Source: Eledone cirrhosa (taxonomy: Eukaryota). From it: a stretch of 64,000 nt of DNA. Made by a program: the position numbers and the translations under genes. Location: contig OZ024741.1 of the NCBI GenBank assembly GCA_964016885.1, forward strand, positions 13,702,001 to 13,766,000, read 5' to 3'. Positions within the stretch are counted from its first letter, which is position 1. Each line of letters opens with the position of its first letter. Below are positions 25,103 through 35,105 of the stretch, piece by piece. The notes below the pieces were generated by a model. The model worked only from the letters and a program-made list of their open reading frames with translations. It was not told where the DNA came from and did no database searches.

Positions 25103-25894
25103 TATTATTATTATTTCCATTGCTAAGGTTACTATGTTCAACTATTCTATGCGGGGAGCTATGAGGCTTACTATTACTGTTACTTAATCCATTGGTACCC
25201 TGATGGTTCATTTTACTGGTATTCCTAACCCTCCTGCTCGAATTACCTCTAGTACCAATGGACATATTATGTGTTATAACAACACTGGTAGAGCTACTAT
25301 TTGGACTACTATTTCCCTGGGCATAATGTAATTTGTCCCTAAATCCGGATTTAGCTAAGGCATCATTATAATAATCAGCCTGCGAGTTAAACCCCTCTTC
25401 GCTATGCGAGAGTGAACTTATTCTGTTAGAGACCCCCTTCAATATACCACTGATGACCGACTTAGGGTGGTTAGAGTTAGTATTCACATAAGTCAGCAAT
25501 TCATTAGGCTTATGGTACGGTGTGTACGTATGGTTACCTAAGTCTAATGTGACATCAAGAAAGATGACAGTTCTATCATTTATATCCATAGTAATGGACA
25601 GATTAAAGGTTTTAAAGAATTTATACAGCTTTTTCCTAACGCTCACTATATTATACTTGCTAACATCTATGGAGAGTAGGGCATCATCGCGGTACAACCC
25701 ACCCCTAAGAAAGGGGAAGTTACTATGTAGTTCGGTAAGGAGGTAGAGCCCAACTAAGTCAGTGACCTGAACAGAATCACTTGACCCCATAGTAATGTCA
25801 AAATTATCCGGTGTGTTTTTTCTCGTCCATAAAGTATCCTCAAACATAATGATAGTCTTACGTGCAGCGAGAACGATATCTATCTGTGGCCGTG
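25060..25894 (-). pseudogene. PLE ORF, reverse transcriptase palm/thumb (5'-truncated)
   Basis: FDITMGSSDSVQVTDLVGLYLL...GGLYRDDAL...FLDVTLDL...YHKPN...YVNTNSNHPKSV...RISSLS...YNDALAKSGF, ending in poly-Asn. Confidence 0.9.
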
Positions 25895-26209
25895 TACCAT
25901 GCATTTTATACTTTTTATATTCTTATTCCTTTATTGTTTATTTCTCATCTATTACGGTGTACTCCTTATGAGTTTCCTACCATGTATGTTCCTTCCGTTA
26001 TATGTCCTTATGTTCCCATATTTTTATACGTTTTTATAATTTATTATATTTCTTTATATTGTACTCCTCCATGTTATATGTCATCGTTTCTACTGTTATT
26101 GCTATATTTTATGTGTATGCATACGTAGCTGTGTGTTAGTATTAGTATATTCCTCATATTCACTATCTTTTGCTTGATTTTATTTTTTATTTTTTATTTT
26201 TTATTTTTT

Positions 26210-26215
<6 letters not shown>
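25895..26215 (+). repeat. Inverted partial copy of the PLE 3' region (about 17050-17598) with two internal deletions
   Basis: ORFs 25862-26128 (+) and 17161-17559 (-) share FISHLLRCTPYEFPTMYVPSVICPYVP...; the DNA segments are reverse complements. Confidence 0.92.
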
Positions 26216-26276
<61 letters not shown>

Positions 26277-26386
26277 TGTTGTGTCTTGTATATTCTGACA
26301 TCCATCACAAGTCCTGTTACTGTCTCATCATCACTGATACTCTGAGTTGTCTATTTAACCTAATATACTTCCCCTTCTATTTACAG

Positions 26387-26487
26387 TGCTTACATCGAAC
26401 CGAGCCCCGGTTCCTGGCCGTACATTGTCAAGAAGTAGGTGGAAAGAACTATGAGGACTCTATGCAACACGTCAATAATTTTGTAAC
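26387..26487 (+). CDS. INPP5A: Internal coding exon (101 nt) of type I inositol-1,4,5-trisphosphate 5-phosphatase
   Basis: Pyrimidine tract + TTTACAG acceptor and AC|GTAAGT donor. Encodes CLHRTEPRFLAVHCQEVGGKNYEDSMQHVNNFV(T), matching the INPP5A signature I recall from human (VVHTHKPHFMALHCQEFGGKNYEASMSHVDKFVK). Confidence 0.92.
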
Positions 26488-26733
26488 GTAAGTAATTGTT
26501 CTCTCATATAGCATCATCATCGTTTAATGTCCATTTTACCAAGCTAGCATGGGTCATACTAGTTGTCCTGTTGTAAGATATGTCAAGTCAGATGACTGTG
26601 TCTTTGCTCATACAGAACTGTTTTGGGTTTGGTTTCTACAGCTGGATGTCTTTCTTGATGCCCAAAACATCTACAGTCTGGAATATATATCAATAATATT
26701 AATAAATGGAAAATATCTTTATAAAACCATATT

Positions 26734-26794
26734 TATTTTATTATACATATTTCAAGGGTAGCAATATTTTGGTACGGTTTCCTCAGATAAAATA
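26734..26794 (-). ncRNA. Type I hammerhead ribozyme motif
   Basis: Minus strand: tattttat-CTGAGGA-aaccgtaccaa[aata]ttgctaccctt-GAAA-tatgta-TA-ataaaata. 8-bp stem I, imperfect stem II. A degenerate paralogue (GAAA to CATA) lies at 29453-29513. Confidence 0.7.
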
Positions 26795-26952
26795 GAATAT
26801 TTGGTTTAAAGATAGTGACATGTCCATATATCAACTTAATGTTATGAGTTCATTGCAATATTAATTATACTCCAGAAAAATTTTGTTGAGTGCTTCTAAT
26901 CTGTTATGAATTAACTTTGTTGAATAATCAAGAAAACAAATAACTCATTGTT

Positions 26953-27015
<63 letters not shown>

Positions 27016-27233
27016 ATCATCATCGTTTAACATCCATCTTCCACGCTAGCATGGGTTAGACGGTTTTGTTCCATTTGATGCGGCAGTGGTCAGGAGACCG
27101 TGTCTCGCTCACACAGAAGTGTCTCTGGCAGGTTTTTTACAGCTGGATGCCCTTCCTGACACCAGCTACATTTATATATATATATATATATATACACAAA
27201 ATATAAAACAATCAAATTCATGCTTAATACATT

Positions 27234-27286
27234 TAATTGCTGACGATCGTTTCTTCAAGATAACTGTCTGGAATCATCAGAGCTTA
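27234..27286 (-). ncRNA. Type I hammerhead (left-arm copy)
   Basis: taagct-CTGATGA-ttccaga[cagtta]tcttgaa-GAAA-cgatcg-TC-agc(aa)tta. Confidence 0.8.
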
Positions 27287-27497
27287 CACAATGTTTAAAC
27301 AAGTAATTACATTCCTAGTCTTTAGAACATTCATTAAGATACATTATTATTAACAGTGTCAGTGACATCATATTGAAAAACAATAGTAACAAAATGATAT
27401 TATAATTTCAATATGATGTCACTGACACTGTTAATAATAATGTATCTTAATGAATGTTCTAAAGACTAGGAATGTAATTACTTGTTTAAACATTGTG

Positions 27498-27550
27498 TAA
27501 GTTCTGATGATTCCAGACAGTTATCTTGAAGAAACGATCGTCAGCAATTA
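27498..27550 (+). ncRNA. Type I hammerhead (right-arm copy)
   Basis: taagtt-CTGATGA-ttccagacagttatcttgaa-GAAA-cgatcg-TC-agcaatta; palindromic stem III CGATCG. Confidence 0.8.
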
Positions 27551-27760
27551 AATGTATTAAGCATAAATTTGATTGTTTTATATTTTGTGTATATATATAT
27601 ATATAAATGTAGTTGGTGTCAGGAAGGGCATCCAGCTGTAAAAAACCTGCCAGAGACACTTCTGTGTGAGCGAGAAACGGTCTCCTGACCATTGCCGCAT
27701 CAAATGGAACAAAGCCGTCTAACCCATGCTAGCGTGGAAGATGGATGTTAAACGATGATG

Positions 27761-27826
<66 letters not shown>

Positions 27827-28061
27827 ATAAAACATGTCTATAGAATCACCAGATAAAATATAAACCATTTCCTCTCCCAATTAGCATAATTAATTATATA
27901 AAAAATCGAATAGACCAGGCTTTAAGAATAAGGCTTCTATGAAGAAATCTCCAACAAATAACCGAAACTAGCCTGTCGCGTCGGCCGCAACGGAATATTT
28001 ATCGAATATTTCGACAGCGTAATCGCCCAGATACAGTCAATTAAACAGAATTAGGTGTAAA

Positions 28062-28117
<56 letters not shown>

Positions 28118-28161
28118 AAGTTAAATAAAAGTCAAATGATTAAAATTTAGCTTCGTTTATT

Positions 28162-28216
28162 ACTGCTATATATATTTCAGTGACAGCCATCTTTGGCTGT
28201 AACCTCTTCAGGCAGT
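28162..28216 (-). ncRNA. Type I hammerhead (left-arm copy)
   Basis: actgc-CTGAAGA-ggttacagcca[aaga]tggctgtcact-GAAA-tatata-TA-gcagt. Confidence 0.85.
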
Positions 28217-29203
28217 TTGAATTAGTATGGTATAGACAAGTACATATGTTGTTGAGGTGTATAATATTGTCAATACTCTGATATGCCCAATTCCTTGTTG
28301 GGTTGTTATTTCACTGAGGAACTGGAGTCATATGAATTCAAACAAACGAATTTCAGTGTCAAAGGTCCTCTTCTCCTCTCATTGGTCAGTTATTAGAACA
28401 TTCCTCATTCTAAGTGTTGTTATTGTTGGAGTTAGCTTAAAAAATTGATAAAATGGTAGAAGGGACAAGGTGTTAAAGGAACAAAATAACAAAAAAGTGT
28501 CAAACTTCCCATTGGTCAGTTTTGAGAGCATTCCTCAGTCAGAAGTCTATAGAATTCTTTCTGGGGTGAGGCTCCCTGTAGTGTTTTTGCTTGCTATTGT
28601 CAGTACATTTGACCTCTACCATTATTTTGGTAGTGTTGTATATTTCTTCATATACATGGAAGAATCCCCCCCACCTACCACCACCACTATGATGGTGGCA
28701 GGAGGGATGAAGAAAAAACACACACTGGATACTTCTAAATTGTTAGCAGCAGCAAGATATAAGCTGACCACAACACCAACAACACTACCAAAATAATGGT
28801 AGAGGTCAAATGTACTGAACAATAGCAAGCAAAAACACTACAGGGAGCCTCACCCCAGAAAGAATTCTATAGACTTCTGACTGAGGAATGCTCTCAGAAC
28901 TGACCAATGGGAAGTTTGACACTTTTTTTGTTATTTTGTTCCTTTAACACCTTGTCCCTTCTACCATTTTATCAATTTTTTAAGCTAACTCCAACAATAA
29001 CAACACTTAGAATGAGGAATGTTCTAATAACTGACCAATGAGAGGAGAAGAGGACCTTTGACACTGAAATTCGTTTGTTTGAATTCATATGACTCCAGTT
29101 CCTCAGTGAAATAACAACCCAACAAGGAACTGGGCATATCAGAGTATTGACAATATTATACACCTCAACAACATATGTACTTGTCTATACCATACTAATT
29201 CAA

Positions 29204-29258
29204 ACTGCCTGAAGAGGTCACAGCCAAAGATGGCTGTCACTGAAATATATATAGCAGT
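29204..29258 (+). ncRNA. Type I hammerhead (right-arm copy)
   Basis: actgc-CTGAAGA-ggtcacagcca[aaga]tggctgtcact-GAAA-tatata-TA-gcagt-AATAAA; same family as 11763-11818. Confidence 0.85.
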
Positions 29259-29571
29259 AATAAACGAAGCTAAATTTTAATCATTTGACTTTTATTTTAC
29301 ACTACTCCGGAGCAACCAAACCAACCTGCGCACTTTGTCGAGTGCTCCAGCCTGCATATTGACGTGTTGGTATACAACCAACATAAACTCAAAATCTATA
29401 TAGATATATCAATAATATAAATAAATGGAAACTATCTTTATAAAACCATATTTATTTTATTATATATATATGAAGGGTACCAACATTTTGGTACGCACTC
29501 ATCAGATAAAATACAAAAGTTGTTTTACAGATAGTGACATATTCAAACTAGAATTTAATGTAGTGAGTTCG

Positions 29572-29812
29572 AGGAAAAGAATGACCTCACTTGTAGTTCT
29601 AAACAATTTGATTTAATTTTATAATATTATAATATTAAGAGTTGGTAGATCTAGTAAGTTCTTTGTTAACTTTGGTGGGAAGATTTTTAATTTTTTTAAA
29701 TCTTCCCACCGATGTTAACAAAGAACTTACTAGATCTACCAACTCTTAATATTATAATATTATAAAATTAAATCAAATTGTTTAGAACTACAAGTGAAGT
29801 CATTCTTTTCCT
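29572..29812. repeat. About 240-bp near-perfect hairpin adjoining the degenerate hammerhead segment 29405-29570
   Basis: AGGAAAAGAATGACCTCACTTGTAGTTCTAAAC...GGTGGGAAGATTT versus AAATCTTCCCACC...GTTTAGAACTACAAGTGAAGTCATTCTTTTCCT. Confidence 0.9.
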
Positions 29813-29861
29813 TTTTTCAAATATACCTAACTGTACCAAGGATTTCACACATTTTCCTATA

Positions 29862-30200
29862 TCATCATTTCTTCATTTCATTTCATTTTATGTCCGCTTT
29901 TTCCCTGCTTGCAAGGGTGGGACGGGAACTGATCCTGGCTTGATTTCTACAGCTGGATGCCCATCCTAACACCAACCTCATTTACAGTGAGTGCTGGGTG
30001 CTTTTTTGCCGTGGCACCTCCACGACCACTTTGCAGTGGAATGATAGGGACCCCAGTCCCTATCATCTCATTTCTACAGCTGAGTAAACTGGAGCAATGT
30101 GAAATAAAGTGTCTTGCTCAAGGAAACAACACATCACCTGGTCTGAGAATTGAACTCACAACCTTTCGATTGCAAGGCCAATGCTCTAACCACTAAGCCA
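29862..30200 (-). mobile_element. tRNA-headed SINE, near full length
   Basis: Closely matches 15945-16283, including the A and B boxes. Confidence 0.87.
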
Positions 30201-30217
30201 TATATATGTATATATAT

Positions 30218-30760
30218 ATCATCATCATCATCGTTTAACGTCTATCTACCACGTTAGCTTGGGTTTAGATGGGAAAAATCCACTTGAGGCAAGATTGGTT
30301 GGATGACCATATCTCGCTCGTATAGGACTGTCTGGCAGGTTTTCTACGGCTAGATGCCCTTCCTAACACCAACCATGTTTACAGTGTGGACTGGGAGGTT
30401 TTTACCGTGTTACCTACACGGCCACATTACAGCGTGGACTGTGTGTTTTTTTGTTGTGACACCTCATTTATTTTTGACTGGATGTTGTGGTACCAACATA
30501 ACTTTACAGAGAAAGGGTGGTGTAGGTGGGAATGGAGGGTGGAGTAGGTGTAGTGGGTTGGGGTGTATATTTGTACATAGGCAAGGCGGGTCTTCTGTAT
30601 TACTGTGTAGTGCCAAAGATCTCGGTCCAGTGACACTGTCTTAGAGAGGTGCAAGTGTGTAAGGTCGGATTTTATGAAATCGTCCCAGGTTTTTCTGGGT
30701 CTACCTACTCCGTTACTACCATCAATTTTGATCGCCCTGCACTTTTTTATACAGCTGTCG
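30218..30760 (-). mobile_element. RTE LINE 3' end (same family as 7421-9390)
   Basis: DSCIKKCRAIKIDGSNGVGRPRKTWDD...DRDLW plus a 3' UTR matching 7421-8000. Confidence 0.88.
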
Positions 30761-30976
30761 AATATATGCATATATATATATATATATGAACTACTTGTGT
30801 GTATATTATGTATGTGTATAGAGTAATATAGAAACTACATAATACAATGACTGAAGCCTGAAAAGATTTATAGCTGTTGTACCAGTAATTAATGTGGGGG
30901 CCGGGTTATTGATAAACTAGAAATGTTTGGGTATGATTTGTAAAGAAGTGATTGGTTTTTATTTTGTCTTGTATGG

Positions 30977-31550
30977 ATGTGGTGGGTGGTTGTGGGTGTG
31001 GTTGGTGGTAGTTGTGTAGTTGTGGTGGTCGGGTGGTCTGGTGGTGTGGTTGGTGGTGGTGTGGTTGGTGGTGGTGGTGGGTGTGGTTGGTGGTGGTTGT
31101 GGTGGTGGTGGTGTAGTCGTAGTGGTTGTTGTGGTCGGGTGGTTGGTGGTGTTGGTGGTGGTGGTGTGGTGGTCGGGTGGTGTGGTAATGGTAGTGTGGA
31201 TGTGGCGGTGGGTGGTGGTATAGTGGAAGGGGGTGGGTGGTGTGGTACTTTACCACCACACCTACAGTCTCCTACTTGCACCATTTCTCAGCCATAATCC
31301 GACACACTCCCCCACACTACGAACACCCATTCCCCCACCACCCACACACCTCCACCCACTCCCCCCATTCGTCCACATCACCCTGTCACCACCACCATTC
31401 CTCCCACACACCACCACCACCACCACTCCCACACACCACCACCACTCCCATACACCAGCACCACTCCTGCACCCCACACAGCACCTCTCCCCCAGACCAC
31501 GACCTTCCCCCCCCCAGCAACCCCCACTATCCTCCATTACCACCACCCCA
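30977..31550. repeat. (GGT)n-rich tract switching to a (CCA)n-rich tract at about 31250
   Basis: Direct inspection. Confidence 0.85.
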
Positions 31551-31640
31551 CTACTGTTGTCATAGGAGTTAATATATTCAGCTATTGTATAAGATTCCTG
31601 TCTGTGATCACATTGGTTATTTTAAGACATGTCATCACAC

Positions 31641-33772
31641 AGTGGTATGGTGGCCTAGTGGTATGGTGGCCTAGTGGTATGGTGGCCCAGTGGTATGGTG
31701 GCCCAGTGGTATGGTGGCCCAGTAGTATGGTGACCTAGTGGTATGGTGACCTAGTGGTATGGTGGCCCAGTGGTATGGTGACCCAGTGGTATGGTGGCCT
31801 AGTGGTATGGTGGCCTAGTGGTTTGGTGGCCCAGTGGTAGGTATGGTGGACAAGTGCTATGGTGGCTCAGTGGTATGGAGGCTCAGCGGTATGGTGACTC
31901 AGTGGTTTGGTGGTTCAGTGGTATGGTGACCCAATGGTATAGTGACCCAGTGGTATGGTGGCTCAGTGGTATGGTGGCCCAGTGCTATGGCGGCTCTGGT
32001 ATGGTGGCTCAGTGGTATTGTGGCCCAGTGGTATGGTGGCCCAGTGGTATGGTGGCCTAGGAGTACAGTGGCCTAGTGGTATGGCTCTGATATGGTGGTC
32101 CAGTAATGTAGTGTGGTGGTATGGAGACCCAGTGGGATGGGGGTGTGGTGGTTTAGTTTTTCTGTGATTGGATGGTATTGTTGCCAAAGGGTGTGGTGGC
32201 TCAATGGTTTGATGGTGCAGTAGCACAGTGGTTTGATGGTGCGGTAGCACAGTGGTATGGTAGCTCAGTGGTATGCTAATTCAGTGGTTTGATGTTATGG
32301 TGGTTTGATGGTATGGTGGTTTAATGGTATGGTGGTTAAGTGATAGAGTAGTTCAGTGGTATGCTATTTCGGTAGTATGGTGGTTCAGTGGTATTGTAGT
32401 TTCGTGGTTTGGTAGTTCAGTGGTGTGGTAGTTCAGTGGTAAGTAGTTTAGTGGTATGGTAGCTCAGTGGTATGCTAATTCAGTGGTATGGTAGCACAGT
32501 GGTATGGTAGCTCAGTGGTATGCTAATTCAGTGGTAGAGTAGTTCAAGGGTTTGCTAATTCAGTGGTATGGTAGTTCAGTGGTATGGTAGCTCAGTGGTA
32601 TGCTAGTTCAGTGGTATGGTAGCTCAGTGGTATGGTAGCACAGTGGTATGGTAGCACAGTGGTATGGTAGCTCAGTGGTATGGTAGCTCAGTGGTATGGT
32701 AGCTCAGTGGTATGGTAGCTCAGTGGTATGGTAGCACAGTGGTATGGTAGCACAGTGGTATGGTAGCTCAGTGGTATGGTAGTTCAGTGGTATGGTAGCT
32801 CGGTGGTATGGTAGCTCGGTGGTATGCTAGTTCAGTGGTATGGTAGTTCAGTGGTATAATAGCGCAGTGGTATGGTAGCTCAGTGGTATGGTAGCACAGT
32901 GGTATGGTAGCTCAGTGGTATGGTAGATCAGTGGTATGGTAGTACAGTGGTATGGTAGTTCAGTGGTATGGTAGTTCAGTGGTATGGTAGCACAGTGGTA
33001 TGGTAGCTCAGTGGTATGGTAGCTCAGTGGTATGCTATTTCAGTAGTATGGTGGTTCAGTTGTATGGTAGCACAGTGGTATGGTAGCACAGTGGTATGGT
33101 AGCTCAGTGGTATGGTAGTTCCGTGGTATGCTAATTCAGTGGTAGAGTAGTTCAAGGGTATGCTAATTCAGTGGTATGGTAGTTCAGTGGTATGGTAGCT
33201 CAGTGGTATGCTAGTTCAGTGGTATGGTAGTTCAGTGGTATGGTAGCACAGTGGTATGGTAGGTCAGTGGTATGCCAGCTCAGTGGTATGGTAGCTCAGT
33301 GGTATGGTAGTTCAGTAGTATGGTAGCACAGTGGTATGGTAGCTCAGTGGTATGGTAGTTCAGTGGTATGGTAGCACAGTGGTATAGTAGCTCAGTGGTA
33401 TGGTAGTTCAGTGGTATGGTAGCACTGGTATGGTAGCTCAGTGGTATGGTAGTTCAGTGGTATGGTAGCTCAGTGGTATGGTAGCTCAGTGGTATGCTAG
33501 GTCAGTGGTATGGTAGTTCAGTGGTATGGTAGCTCAGTGGTATGGTAGTTCAGTGGTATGGTAGTTCAGTGGTATGGTAGTTCAGTGGTATGGTAGCACA
33601 GTGGTATGGTAGTTCAGTGGTATGGTAGTTCAGTGGTATGGTAGTTCAGTGGTATGGTAGCTCAGTGGTATGGTAGTTCAGTGGTATGGTAGTTCAGTGG
33701 TATGGTAGCACAGTGGTATGGTAGTTCAGTGGTATGGTAGTTCAGTGATATGGTAGCACAGTGGTATGGTGG
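31641..33772. repeat. 16-bp minisatellite, AGTGGTATGGTGGCCT grading to CAGTGGTATGGTAG(C/T)T
   Basis: 16-nt periodicity, with a degenerate zone at about 32080-32450. Confidence 0.93.
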
Positions 33773-33899
33773 CTCTGTGTTGTATTTCACATGGTATAGT
33801 GTTAGGTTCTGTGGGTCATTTAACTTAATGTACTGTAGCCATAACTAGCACACCACTACATACATACTGCTCTACATGACTCACTACAGCAACAACACC

Positions 33900-35105
33900 A
33901 CAATTCCACACCACACCACCACTCCACCACACCACAACATCACCACACACTCGCCACACCACCACCACCTCCACCACACCACCTCACCACCACCACCTCC
34001 ACCACACCACCTCACCACCACCACCTCCACCACACCACACCACCACCATCACTCCACACCACCTCCACCACACCACTTAGATCACACCACCACATTACAC
34101 CAACACCACACCATCACTCCACACCACTGAACACCACACCACAACATCACCTCACCACCACTCCACACTACCACACCAGTCCACACCACACCACCACACC
34201 ACCACACCATACCACCACACCACACTCCACCACCACATCACCACACCAACACATCACCACACCACCACATCATCACACCACCACCACCACGCTACACCAC
34301 CACACCTCCACCTACACCACTCCACCACCACCAGACCATTCCTCCACACCATCACCACATCACATCACCACACCACCACACCACATCACCACACCACCAC
34401 TACATACCACAACACCACCACTCCACACCACAACACCACACCACACCTCCACCACTCCACATCACCACACCACCACCACACCACCACTCCACACCACACC
34501 ACCACACCACCGCTCAACACCACACCACCGCTCCAACCACACCACCGCTCCACGCCACCACACCACCGCCCCACACCACACCACCACTCCACCACCACAC
34601 CACTCCACACCACACCACCGCTCCACACCACCACTCCATACCACCACCCCACACCACACCACCACCGCCCCACCACACCACCACCCCACACCACACCACC
34701 ACCACACCACCACACCACCACCCCACACCACACCACCTCCACACCACACCACCACTCCACACCACCACACCACTCCACACCACCGCTCCACACCACACCA
34801 CCACTCCACACCACCACACAACTCCACACCACACCACCGCTCCACACCACCACTCAACACCACCACACCACATCACCTCACACCACACCACACCACACCA
34901 CACCAAACACCACCACACCACTCCACAACACACCACCGCTCCACACCACACCACCACTCCACACCACACACCACCACACCACACCACACACCACCACACC
35001 ATACCACACACCACATCACCGCTCCACACCACCACACCACACCACACACCACACCACTGCTCCACACCACCACACCACTCCACACCACACCACCACTCCA
35101 ACTCA
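33900..35105. repeat. (CACCA)n/(CCA)n low-complexity tract
   Basis: Direct inspection; followed by a G-rich (GGT/AGT) tract at 35180-35780. Confidence 0.88.

Larger units (their letters stand above)
16714..26215 (-). mobile_element. 5'-truncated Penelope-like element (RT + C-terminal GIY-YIG, long 3' region with hammerhead, inverted partial terminal repeat at the 5' end), interrupted by an R4/Dong element
   Basis: RT at 25060-25894, GIY-YIG at 19415-20215, hammerhead at 16838-16895. 25895-26215 is an inverted copy of about 17050-17598. The whole unit is bounded by (TA)n at ~16690-16713 and 26216-26273. Confidence 0.88.
27017..27761. mobile_element. About 745-bp fold-back; each ~360-bp arm holds an RTE/SINE tail, (TA)n and a hammerhead-bearing segment
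   Basis: Arms 27017-27378 and 27406-27761. ORFs 27086-27298 (+) and 27486-27692 (-) are nearly identical. Long (TA)n on both sides. Confidence 0.92.
28123..29397 (+). mobile_element. About 1.2-kb near-perfect fold-back element with terminal hammerheads and a ~100-nt unpaired 3' tail
   Basis: Arms 28123-28639 and 28779-29297 (only about 4 differences seen by eye), ~140-bp spacer, tail 29298-29397; (TA)n flanks. Confidence 0.92.

Noticed and set aside
28257-29163. Short paired ORFs in the palindrome arms as genes
   Set aside because: Mirror products of the inverted repeat, with no recognisable motifs.
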